Shown: positions 49,905 through 61,735 of the stretch, one piece after another
Layout: every line of letters begins with the position of its first letter
Numbering within the stretch: position 1 is the first letter of the stretch
Source of the DNA: Isurus oxyrinchus
Taxonomy: Eukaryota
Direction: 5' to 3'
DNA length: 64,000 bases
NCBI GenBank assembly: GCA_026770705.1
Contig: JANJGN010000013.1
Coordinates: 5,022,001 to 5,086,000, forward strand
Position numbers and translations under genes: made by a program
Notes under the pieces: generated by a model
Told to the model about the DNA's origin: nothing
Databases searched by the model: none
The model's input: the letters and a program-made list of their open reading frames with translations, nothing else

Positions 49905-51078
49905 GCTGATGCTGAGTTTGATGAAGTAACAGAGAGGACTGACAAGGTTGATTTGTGTAAATGGACTCCCAAAAGCTGTTTGATGAAGCAACATATAACA
50001 GGCTTGTCAGCAAAGTTGAAGCCCATGGACTAAAAGGGACAGTAGCAGCATGGATACAAAGTTGGCTTAGTGACAGGTAATAGAAAGTAGTCTTGAAGTT
50101 GTTTTTCAGAATGGAGGAAGGTGAGATTCCCCAGGGATTGGTATTAGGACTACAGATTTTCTTGATCTTTATTAATGACCTAGACTTAGGTGTACAGGCC
50201 ACAATTTCAAAAATTGTGGCTGACACAAAACTTTGGAAGTATTGTGAACTCTTAGAAGGATAGACTTCAAGAGGACATTGACAGGCTGGTGGAATGGGTG
50301 GGTATATGTGGCAGATGAAATTTAATGCATACATTTTGGTAGGAAGAATAAGGACAGGCAACATAAAATAAAGGATACAATTGTGGAGGAGATGCAGGAG
50401 CAGAGACACCGGGGGTTTATGTGCACAAATCAGTGAAGTTGACATGGCAGATTCATAAAACACATGGTATCCTGGGCTTTATATATGGAGGCATGGAATA
50501 TAAAAGCAAGTAAGTTATGCTGAACCTTTATAAAACACTGATTTATCTAAACTGGAGTAGTGTGACAAATTCTCCACACCACACTTTGGAAAGGATGTGA
50601 ACTTATTCGAGAGGGTGAAAATGAGATTTACAAGGAATTATTCCAGGGGTGATAAATTTCAGTTATGTGGATAGATTGGAGAAGCTGGTGCTGTTCTCCT
50701 TAGAAAAGCTTGAGAGGAGATTCTATAGAGGTGTTCAAAATCATTTGGGGTGTAGATAGAATAGATAGTGAGTAACTTCCAGTTGGTGGAAGGGTTGAGA
50801 ACCAATTTAAAGTGAATGGCAAAAGAACCAAAAGCTACATGAAGAAACATTTATTATGCAGTGAGTGGTTTGAATCTGGAATGCGCTGCCTAAGAGTGTG
50901 GTGGCAGAAGATTCAATCATAGCTTTCAAAGGAGACTGGTAATTATCTGAAGAGAAAAGAAATTGTAGGGCTACGGGTAAAAGACAGGGGAGTGGGACTA
51001 GCTGAGTTGCTCTTGCAGAGAGCTTGTACGGACACAACAGGCTGAATGGCCCTCGCAGCAACACTCTATGATTCTAAC
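49905..51078 (+). mobile_element. Decayed CR1 LINE (RT to 3' end)
   Basis: It contains attccccagggattggtattagga (PQG.VLG) and ggctgacacaaaactt, followed by a CR1 3' UTR ending tctatgattct. Confidence 0.85.
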
Positions 51079-52679
51079 CTTACACTCTCTGGGCAGAAAT
51101 CTAATCATCCACTACTGAAACTTTAATAGTTCTCAATTAAGTCACTGGGCAGGCTGAGAAATGTGAGAAAAACAAACATTATCAATCTAATTTCTTGGAG
51201 ATTCACCTCCTGTAATTTCATCCAGAGCACAACAGATGTGGAAACCTGAAGAAGAATGTGTTACTGTTCACCCTCCCAAATAGAAGATTAAGCTTATAGG
51301 AAATGAGGTGAAGGGAAGCCGTTCAGCATTTATATAAAGAGATATGACAGCATTTGCACGTACCATTATGCACATAGTCTTGCATGAAGACAAAAATGTC
51401 AGAATGCATTATGCAGATAAACGCCTACAGTAGTGTTAATGATTTCACATCTGAAGGCTTCTAGCTCCAAATGGCTGACAGTAAGTTGTTAAAGATAAAA
51501 ATTTCCTTCAAAACCTCACAGGTCTGGAGATTAGTTGAAATCCTACAACTATTAAAATCTTCAGGCACTGAAGAAAAAGCTGCATTTAGAAAAAGACAGA
51601 AATTCATCCAGAACTTTTGAACTATGACAGTTTAAAACCCAGTGGGTGCATATTTAACTTTACAAATTAGGCAAATTAAACCAGTTTAAATATTAAAAGC
51701 TTTCCTTTCCATGGAATTACACACAGCTTCACTAAAGGCCATTCACGATATGGTGAATTGGTTACAGTCAAGCTGGTTCATGAACAATGTGTGCAAAGCA
51801 CTTATTTGAAGTGCAGACAACTTATTCTGTTCAAAGGGAAAGGGTGAAAGGTGAAAAAGTGATGCTTTCAAACAATTTCTCTTTCTCAGAGTATCCTACA
51901 GATATTATGGTTGCTTAGTGAAGTACCACACTATGCAGAATAAGGATAACATGCTTAATGCCACCTTCAAGTTACATGTCTAAAGAACTTTAATCAACTC
52001 TTAATTATGCTTTTTCCCCCAATATCTTCAACACTGCACATTTATTTTAACAGCACTTTGGAAAATTCTCAGTATCCATGACAAAATGAAAACTGTACTA
52101 TTTGCATAAATACTCCAGTTGACTGTAACAGAGAGCTGCAGATTCTCTAACTCATTTCCAGCTGAGGATAACCAATACTACTAAGGCGTTAACCTTCATT
52201 TGTGCTCTTAATATTCAATTTGGGATGTAGACCACATACCAATTAAAAAGCTCTGCTAAAATAAGAAGGCCTTACATTGCCATCATATCTGCCTCCATCC
52301 CAAGGGGATTGTGGGTATCAGTCTTGGGAGATCAAATTTATTGAGTTTTCAATAATACTGTGAAAAATGTTCTTCTGGAAATCAAATTATAAGATTTTTT
52401 CAAATCTACAGTCATACTGAAAAGGTCACTTCTCATCATGTACTCCAACCTGAGTCATGTAGGTTACAACTGCTCAAATGTTCCAGTAACAAAATTTTTT
52501 TGGCAATCCTGTCAATGAAATTGCAGAAATATGGGGTCTGAGTAAAAATAGACGCTTGGTTGGCCCCAAGGCCAAGACCATAGATAGAATATTGGTGAAG
52601 GGGGCACAGAGGAAAAACAGCAAAAGCATAAACATCAGGGCAGGTTATGGAGAGCTTCCTTGTTGCAAGAGTACAGCAA

Positions 52680-53150
52680 GGACTGCCCTCCTCCAGAAGC
52701 ATTCAATACAAATTCAAAGACAGTGGTTGTCCTCCACGACCTTGTTTCAGGGGGCCATTCTTCTTCTGGGTGATCTTTGATAGGTTATCTGATCACAGAG
52801 TGGAATAGGGTAGGGGGCATTACAGCTTGATCTTTACTTGTTCACATGGATTAGCTGCTACCTCACATTAGTGGACATTTATCAGATGCAAGATGCTAAT
52901 CAGCTAAGGGGTTCTTCACATGTCCTATCCCAGTATCTATAAACACATCCACTTCTGTCCAGGTTCACTGGAGAACAACTGGGATTTGGAATCCTGGCCT
53001 GGGTTTTGCCTCCCTAGCCCAGGGTGCGGAGGTCAACTGCAGTGCCTAACTCTTGCCCTAGAGATCATCAGCTAAGTCAGTATATAATAGGAATGATGGC
53101 TCAGTACCACAACATTGGTCCATTTATCCATTAAGATATCAGGGGAGGCA
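52680..53150 (-). mobile_element. AmnSINE2-like SINE
   Basis: The minus strand reads gtggtactgagccat...ccctgggctagggaggc...ccaggccaggattcc...agaagaatggccc. Confidence 0.55.
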
Positions 53151-53404
53151 GAAAACTGAATTACGCACATATTACATTAAATTTTGTAGCCTAAATCTCA
53201 AAATGTCTTTTAGTCCTTAAAGACTCAATGATCAAGTTATGTGGATCTCGATTTAAAGACTAATTTGAAAGGTAGCAATTTCACACAAAATTGTTTCAAA
53301 ACTTGCCACAGTACATAATTATCAAAGACAAGTTATAAATTTGTATAATGCTTTTTTGAAACATTGACTTGGCACTGGGCAGCAGAAAAAAAGGTTTCAC
53401 TATT

Positions 53405-53715
53405 AGTGAAGTGTGGTTATGATAATAGACTAGCACTCAAGAAGACATGAGCCTAAATCCCACCATGGCAGGTTGTGAAACCGAATTCAATAAATTTCGT
53501 AATTACAAGCTAGCACTAGGAAAAATGATCAAAATCATCATAAAAAATCCAAACGACTTCACTAACCAGATCGGGCCTACAAACCCATAATTATTAATTG
53601 ACACTTAAACCACTCTGAAGTGGTGCAACTGTCACTACAGAACAGAATGATCACCGCTAATTTCTCAATAAACTTGACTAGAGTTGTCCACATCCCAAGA
53701 AGAATTAAATAAAAC
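53405..53715 (+). mobile_element. Older copy of the 47410 SINE family
   Basis: It contains aatcccaccatggcag, gaattcaataaa and the tail ccacatcccaagaagaatt. Confidence 0.6.
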
Positions 53716-54185
53716 TTATTAATTATACTATTTTAATCAACAGCAATAATTTCTATAATCAATGATACTCTACTAATATTTGCTTGTTGATGCATCTGAT
53801 GTATTGAAAGGAGGATTGGAAAGAGAAAGCTGGATCTTTTTCTTAATACTACCCATAAATATTAACTTATCACAAAATTTATTAGCCAACTTTGAAATTC
53901 ATCAGCCAGCCCATTAAATACAGTGCCAGGGTATCTATTCTCTAGATTATTAGCCAAATGAACATGTAAAGTCATATTAGCAATTAGTGAATGTCCAGCT
54001 TAGTCTCAGAGTTGCAATGAAGTATTGCAGAATCATGCATAATTAGCAGTTACCTATAATGTCAAGAAGCTTTCATGTGCACAACAGCTGTATTAGTAAG
54101 GGAATTATAGAAATGAACCAAACCAGATTTTCTACAGCATGGTTATTCATTCTAATTACATTTCTATGAATATAGCACAAGAATA

Positions 54186-57094
54186 GACTAGAAAGTTGGG
54201 GGGGAGGGAAGGGTAAAACTCCAAGAAGTATGACTAATGGGAAACAAAGCAGCAGGTTAGCATGTGTGGGGGGGGGGGTGGATTCAACTTCATGGAAAAT
54301 TATGAAAAAACTGAAAAGAAAGGAGAGCCCAGGAGAGGCTATTAAAGTCTCCAGAACACAAAATAGGACAGAGTGTTTGGAAAGGGCTAGGAATCTAACT
54401 TCAAGCACATCAGATAAAGGGACGACAATGAGAAAGGCGACGGGAAATACAGGACTGAAGGTGTTGTATCTGAATGCACGCAGTATACAAAATAAGGTAA
54501 ATGAGCTTGTGGCACAGAATGAAATTGGCAGCTATGATGTGGAGGGCATCACGGAGACATGGCTGCAAGGGGATCAGGACCGGGAGCTAATATCCAAGGA
54601 TATACATCCTATCGAAAAGATAGGCAGGTTGGCAGAGGGAGTGGGGTTGCTTTGTTCATAAGAAATGAAATTAAATCGATAGCAAGAAATGACGTAGGGT
54701 TAGATGATGTAGAATCTGTGCGGGTAGAGTTGAGGAACCGCAAAGGTAAAAAAACCATAATGGAAGTTATGTACAGGCCTCCGAACAGTAGTCAGGATGT
54801 GGGGCACAAAATACACCAGGAGATAGAAAAGGTGTGTAAGAAAGGCAAGGTTACAGTGATCATGGGGGATTTCATTATGCAGATAGACTGGGAAAGTCAG
54901 GTTGATAGTGGATCCCAAGAAAAGGAATTTGTGGAATGTCTATGAGATGGCTTTTTTGAGCAGCTTGTGATGCAGCCTACTAGGGAACAGGCAATTCTAG
55001 ATTTAGTGATGTGTAATGAGGCAGATTTGATAAGGGAGCTTAAGGTGAAGGAACCCTTAGGAGGAAGTGACCATAATATAATAGAATTTACCCTGCAATT
55101 TGAGAAGAAAAAGCTGGAATCAGATGTAACGGTATTACAGGTGAATAAAGGCCACTACAGAGGCATGAGGGAGGAACTGGCCAGAATTGACTGGGAGATG
55201 AGCCTTGCAGGAAAGACAGTGGAACAGCAATGGCAGGAGTTTCTGGGAGTAATTTGGGAGACACAGCAAAAATTCATCCCTAGGAAGAAGCATACTAAAG
55301 GGAGGAGGAGGCAACCATGGTTGACAAGGGAAGTCAGGGACAGCATAAAAACTAAAGAGAAAACATACAATGGCGGAGGAACTGAATAGGTACTTTGCGC
55401 CAGTCTTCATGGTGGAAGACACAAGTAACATCCCCAAAGTTCAAGAGAGTAGGGGGGCAGAGGTGAGTATGGTGGCCTTAACCAAGGACAAGGTGCTAGG
55501 AAAACTGAAAGGTCTGAAGGTGGATAAATCACCTGGACCAGATGGATTACACCCCAAAGTTCTGAAGGAGATAGCTGAAGCGATAGTGGAGGCATTTGTG
55601 GTGATCTTTCAGGAATCACTCGAGTCAGGGAGGGTCCCAGAGGACTAGAAAATCACTAATGTAACCCCCCTGTTTAAGAAGGTAGTGAGGCAAAAGGGAA
55701 ATTACAGGCCGATTAGCCTGACCTCGGTCGTTGGTAAGATTTTAGAGTCCATTATTAAGGATGAGATTTCAGAATACTTGGAAGTGCATGGTAAAATAGG
55801 GCAAAGTCAGCATGGTTTCATCAAGGGGAGGTCATGCCTGACAAATCTGTTACAATTCTTTGAGGGGATAACGAGTAGATTAGACAAAGGAGAGCCAATG
55901 GATGTTATCTACTTGGACTTCCAGAAGGCCTTTGACAAGGTGCCGCACAGGAGGCTGCTCAGTAAAGATAAGAGCCCATGGTGTTAGAGGCAAGGTACTA
56001 GCATGGATAGAAGATTGTCTGTCTGGCAAGAGGCAAAGAGTGGGGATAAGGGGGTCCTTCTCAGGATGGTGGCCGGTGACTAGTGGAGTTCCGCAGGGGT
56101 CAGTGTTGGGACCACAACTTTTCACTTTATACATTAATGATCTAGATGAAGGAGCTGAGGGCACCCTGGCTAAGTTTGCAGATGATACAAAGATAGGTGG
56201 AGGGACAGATAGTATTGAGGAGGTGGGGAGGCTGCAGAAGGATTTGGACAGGTTGGAGAATGGGCAAAGAAGTGGCAGATGGAATGCAATGTGGGTAAGT
56301 GTGATGTCATGCACTTTGGTAGGAAGAATAGAGGCATAGACTATTTTCTAAATGGGGAGAGAATTCAGAAATCTGGAGTGCAAAGGGACTTGGGAGTCCT
56401 AGTCCAGGATTCTCTTAAGGTTAACTTGCAGGTTGAGTCAGTAGTTAGGAAGGCAAATGCAATGTTGGCATTTATTTCAAGAAGACTAGAATATAAAAGG
56501 GATGTGCTGCTGAGGCTTTATAAGGCTCTGGTCAGACCACATTTAGAATATTCTGAGCAATTTTGGGCCCCGTATCTCAGGAAGGAGGTTCTGGCCTTGG
56601 AGAGGGTCCAGAGGAGGTTCACGAGAACGATCCCAGGCATGAAAGGCTTAACATATGAGGAACGTTTGAGGACTCTGGGTCTATACTCGATGGAGTTTAG
56701 AAGGATGAGGGGGGGATCTGATTGAAGCTTACAGAATATTGAAAGGCCCGGATAGAGTGGACGTGGGGAAGATGTTTCCATTAGTAGAAGAGGCTAGGAC
56801 CTGAGGGCACAGCCTCAGAGTGAAGGGAAGACCTTTTAGAATAGAGATGAGGAGAAACTTCTTTACCCAGAGACTGGTGAATCTACAGAATTCATAGCCA
56901 CAGAAGGCTGTGGAGGCCAGATCATTGAGTGTATTTAAGACTGAGATAGATAGGTTCTTGATTGGTAAGGGGATCAAAGGTTACGGGGAGAAGGTGGGCG
57001 AATGGGGTTGAGAAACTTATCAGCCATGATTGAATGGTGGAGCAGACTCGATGGGCCGAAGGGCCTAATTTCTGCTCCTATGTCTTATGGTCTT
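54186..57094 (+). mobile_element. Long 5'-truncated CR1 LINE: APE endonuclease + RT pseudogene + 3' UTR
   Basis: Several frames contain YLNARSI, GITETWL, YRPPN, MGDF, LDLV, SDHN, GPDG, NYRPISLTS, DFQKAFDKV, GVPQGSVLGP and FADDTK. The tail is (gtcttatg)n. A possible 7-bp TSD, aagaata, lies at 54179-54185 and 57095-57101. Confidence 0.95.
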
Positions 57095-57237
57095 AAGAAT
57101 AAGATAAGCACCATGTAGTTAAGTATAAGTATTTCACTTTTTTGTACAGTTGAGTACAAATGAGCTTCATATAACTGTTGTTATATTTGCTCTTTTTGTT
57201 TGAAAGTACAATTCTCGGTTTAAAACATCAAAATATA

Positions 57238-57816
57238 GGTTACAAGGCACTAGTTAAACCAAACCTAGAATACTGTGAACAAGTTTGGTCCCCTTATCTA
57301 AGGAAAGATACACTGGCATTGCAGGCAGTTCAGAGAAGGTTCACTAGGTTGATCCCAGGTATGAAGGGATTTTCTTATGAGGAGAGGTTGAGTAGGTTGG
57401 GCCTGTATTCATTGGAATTCAGAAGAATGCGAGGTGACCTTACTGAAACATAAGATTCTTCGGGGGCCTGACAGGATAGATGCTGAGAGGTTGTTTTCCA
57501 TAGTGGGAGAGTCTAGGACCAGAGGGCAGAATCTCAGAGTAAGGGGTCGCCCATTTAAGGCAGAGATGAGGAGGAATTTCTTCTCTCAGAGGGTAATCAA
57601 TCTGAGGAATTCTTTACCGCAGAGGGCGAATGAGACTGGATCGTTAAGTATAATCAAGGCTGAGATAGACAGATTTTTAATCAGTAAGGGGATCAAGGAT
57701 TATGGGGAAAAGGCAGGAAAGTGGAGTTGAGGATTATCAGATCAGCCATGATCTCATTGATTGGCAGAGCAGACTCAATGGGCTGAATGGCCAACTTATG
57801 CTTCTACGTCTTATGC
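57238..57816 (+). mobile_element. CR1 3' fragment (same subfamily as 34905)
   Basis: It encodes YKALVKPNLEYCEQVWSP...RRMRGDL, followed by the 3' UTR. Confidence 0.9.
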
Positions 57817-58132
57817 CTTAGCTCACTTCAGGATCTCTCAATCATCACTGTCTCCTATTCCAAAGTGCAGTTTGGATTATTAACATTTGCCAAAGTCAAT
57901 GAAGAATTTTTATGCTAAATAAAACACAACTACAGAAATTTTAAAAGGACCAACATACAGTTTGGATCAACAGACTTTTCTCAATAATCTCCATAGAAGT
58001 TGTGGAAGAAAAATTACACTTTGGATGCAATGGATAGGCCAACTGATATGTTGCACTCCTTCACTCCCAGAATGAGCCTTGGGAAACTGCACATTCCAAC
58101 CCATGGTGTTCGTTTAAACAATAAAAATTAAT

Positions 58133-58528
58133 GGCCTGAAAATCATGGGCTGGGGCAAGAAGTTACCCTAATATATGCTCCCGCTGTTTGCCAGCAGGAC
58201 TGAAGTGGAAAATGCTAGCTTTCATGAGTTCATGAGAACAATATTTCAGATGTGAGAAACAACTCATAACTAAGCCTGCGAATGGTGTTTCAGAAATCAT
58301 TAACAAAAACAGCTCAAGTTTCTAACTAAAACCTTGCAGCCAGTAAACACCTCAGCAGCGACAGGAACTTCCAGTCATTTCTTTACGTGTAAAAGACCAC
58401 CATAACTCTCTTGCCCCTGCAGCATTCATGAGTTATGGGTCTTTCACATTCATGAAAGAAATGCTGTAACTCACTGTCACTAGTGAGATATAACGAGGTT
58501 ATATAAAGGATATTTTTCATTTTCAGGC
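58133..58528. mobile_element. Possible MITE with an internal hairpin
   Basis: The ends are gcctgaaaat and attttcaggc. An internal inverted pair reads aaagaccaccataactc and gagttatgggtcttt. Confidence 0.35.
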
Positions 58529-58877
58529 AGAAATGCTATTGCAGACCTCAAAGGATTAACCCTCTGAGTATACAGCAATCACAGCTTCTGTGCTTGAACA
58601 TACTGGCTTGAAGAGCAGATGTCTTATTTCAAGTGTTGCCCATGTTACTGCAGCTATTAGTAAACAACTGCACCAAATGTGTACAATGTAGGTCGAATTG
58701 CAAATGCATTTTTTTTTAAACAGGTGGATTTGTACTAATATAACATTCTTGCTATACAGGAGTGAACCAGGAATTAATCTTTGCTGGAAAGCACAACTAG
58801 GTTCTGAAGAAGTATCCATTAATTTATTTTGGTATCATTTTAAATTGAGTTAGGCAAGCAAAAAACGTTTTAATATC

Positions 58878-59088
58878 AAAGCAAAATACTGCGGACGCTG
58901 GAAACCTGAAACAAAAACAGAAAATGCTGGAAAAGCTCAGGTCTAACAACATCTGTGGCGAGAAAGACAGAGTTAATGTTTCCAGTCCGTATGACTCTTC
59001 TTCAGTCTGGAGACTCTGAGACAGACTCAAAATGTTAACTCTGTCTTTCTCTCCACAGATGTTGTTAGACCTGCTGAGCTTTTCCAAC
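58878..59088. mobile_element. Fold-back PLE mini-element (older family)
   Basis: The left arm tgctggaaaagctcag...agaaagacagagttaa is inverted relative to ttaactctgtctttct...ctgagcttttccaaca. The minus strand has CTGAAGA-a-gagtc-atacg-gactg-GAAA. The tail is on one side only. Confidence 0.85.
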
Positions 59089-59454
59089 AAACTTTTAACT
59101 TTTATTCTATATTTTCAGTCTCAATTAGACTTACGTTTGCACAATATGAACTATTTTTCCAGTGTTGGAAAAACTTAGTACTTAAGATAATAGCCATTTG
59201 TCTGTAGGAATACCTCTGTGTTACATTAAACAATAATATAACATTGCCTTATTGTATCTAGTCTCCCTCTTTAGGGAGGTCCTGCCCAGTTACTAATGTT
59301 CATAGCAAATTCTGACTCCAGAAGAATTAATGATCTCCATCCATAATTCCAGAATAAATATCAATGAAATCATTTAATCAGTAAAGTGACAAATAATATT
59401 ACAGAAGTACAGTCATAAGGTTAAAATGAATTTGTAAGTCAGTATGCAAAGTTT

Positions 59455-60120
59455 ACTGTGGTGTATAGAAGATTGACTGGCTGGCAGAAAACAGAGAGTA
59501 TGCATAAACGGGTCTTTACAAAAGGAACTGAACATAAAAGTAAGGATGTTATGCATCAGTTATACAAGGCATTGGTGAGACCACATCTCGAATACTTTTG
59601 ATAGTTTTGATCTCCTTATTTAAGGAAGGATGGAAATGCATTGGAGGCAGTTCAGAAGAGGTTTATTAGATTGATACCTGGAATGAGGAAAGGTTGGACA
59701 GACTGGGCTTGTTTCCACTGGAGTTTAGAAGAGTGAGGGGTGATTTGATTGAAGTATACAAGATCCTGAATGGTCTTGACAAGGTGGATGTGGAAAGGAT
59801 GTTTCCTTTTGCGGGTAAGTCCAGAACTAGGGGGCACTGTTTTAAAATTAGGTGTCGCCCTTTTAGAACAGAGATGAGGAGAATTTTTTTCTCTCAGAGG
59901 GTTGTGAGACTTTAGAACTCTCTGCCTCAGAAGGCAGAGCCATTGAATATTTTTAAGGCAGAGGTAGTTAGATTCTTATTAAGCAAGGAAATCAAAGGTT
60001 ATCGGGATAGATGGGAATGTGGAATTCAAAACACAAACAGATCAGCCATGATCTTATTGAATGGCAGAGCAGGCTCGAGGGGTCAAATGGCCTACTCCTG
60101 ATCCTATTTCTTATGTTCTT
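59455..60120 (+). mobile_element. CR1 3' fragment with internal deletions
   Basis: ORF 59694-59915 (DRLGLFPLEFRRVRGDLIEVYKIL) is followed by the 3' UTR. Confidence 0.88.
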
Positions 60121-60424
60121 ACCATCCATTATGTGTTGCTTACACTTGAAGGACTTTATTCTCACAATAACTTGCTTAGTAACTTAAAAAATTGGCCATA
60201 GAATCAACAGCAAATTGAACAGACAATCTGACCTCATCCAGATTTGAGGAATTGGAATGAATTGAGTTAATTTGGACCATCCTCAATTTGACTTTGATTA
60301 TTTTCTAGATCATGGAAAAAGCTCTTAAATGCTTGAGGCTTCATGACACATTAATTAGCATAATCTTTTGAATAAACTAAAAAAACATTGTTTAAAAAAA
60401 AAACATAAAATGAAATCAACATAT

Positions 60425-60605
60425 GCTCCTAATGGAGAAGTTGTATATAGCTTCCTTTGCATATCTGAGTCATACAGGCCAGGAAGGTCCCAGGATTGAT
60501 CCATGTCTATACTGCTGATATAAGCAGGGGTGATTGAAGGTTGCTAAAATTTGTCTCAATGCTCCTGGCTAGGAAGTGGGGGTGGGGTTCAGAAATTAGC
60601 TTCTT
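60425..60605 (+). mobile_element. AmnSINE2-like SINE 5' part
   Basis: It contains ctgagtcatacaggccaggaaggtcccaggattgatcc and ctcctggctaggaagtgggg. Confidence 0.55.
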
Positions 60606-60850
60606 TTTCCCTCTTACAGATTGCATGAATGCAGGCTTTGGCAAAAACAGCAGGATTGGCTCAATCATGATGTCCAAAGTGGTCAAATACTGCTGCCTGA
60701 CAAAAGTTGAGTAAAGTAGCAAAGGATAGTTGGCACCTATGGATTCATAGCACAGCACGAGTCAATGACTTTAGGAGAGAAGAAAGGAAAACTGGGCAAC
60801 ACACAAAGTGGCAAAGTGTGGTCAGAATAACAACTAAAATTGTTTTTAAT

Positions 60851-61735
60851 ATTCATTCATGGGATGTGGGTTTTGCTGGCTGGGCCAGCATTAATTGCCC
60901 ATCCCTGTTTGCCCTTGAGAAGGTGGTGGTGAGCTGCCTTCTTGAACCACTGCAGTCCATGTGGTGTAGGTACACCCACAGTGCTGTTAAGAAGGGAATT
61001 CTAGGATTTTGACTTAGCGACAGTGAAGGAATGACGATATACTTCCAAATCAGGATGGTGAGTGGCTTGGAGGGGAATCTATCTGATGCCCTTGTCCTTC
61101 TAGGTGATAGTGGTCGTGGGTTTGGATGGTGCTCTCCAAGGAGCCTTGGTGAATTCCTGCAGTGCAGCTTGTAGATGGTACATGTTGCTGCTAATGTGCA
61201 GCAGGGGTGGAGGGAGTGAATGTTTGTGGATGTGGTGCCAATCAAGCGGGCTGCTTTGTCCTGGATGGTGTCCAGCTTCTTGAGTGTTGTGCGAGCTGCA
61301 CTCATCCAGGCAAGTGGGGAGTATTCCATCACACTCCTGACTTGTGCCTTGTAGATGGTGGGCAGGCTTTGGGGAGTTAATGAGGTGAGTTATTTGTCGC
61401 ACGATTCCTAGCCTCTGACCTGCTCTTGTAGCCACAGTATTTATATGGCTAGTCCAGTTCAATTTCTGGTTGATGGTAACCCCCTAGGATGTTGATAGTG
61501 GGGGATTCAGTGATGGTAATGCCATTGAACATCAAAGGGCAATGGTTGGATTGTCTCTTGCTGGGGATTGTCATTCCCTGGCACTTGTGTGGCATGAATG
61601 TTACTTGCCACTTGTTAGCCCAAGCCTGGATATTGTCCAGGTCTTGCTGCATTTGGACATGGACCGCTTCAGTATCTGGGGAGTCCCGAATGGTGAACAT
61701 TGTGCAATCATCAGCGAACATCCCCACATATGACA
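60851..61735 (-). mobile_element. Family-B LINE 3' portion (RT FADD motif to 3' end)
   Basis: The ORFs contain MFADDCTMF...QQDLDNIQAWANKWQVTF, WTSHINTVATRAGQRLG and MEYSPLAW...KKLDTIQDKAARLI. Confidence 0.9.
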
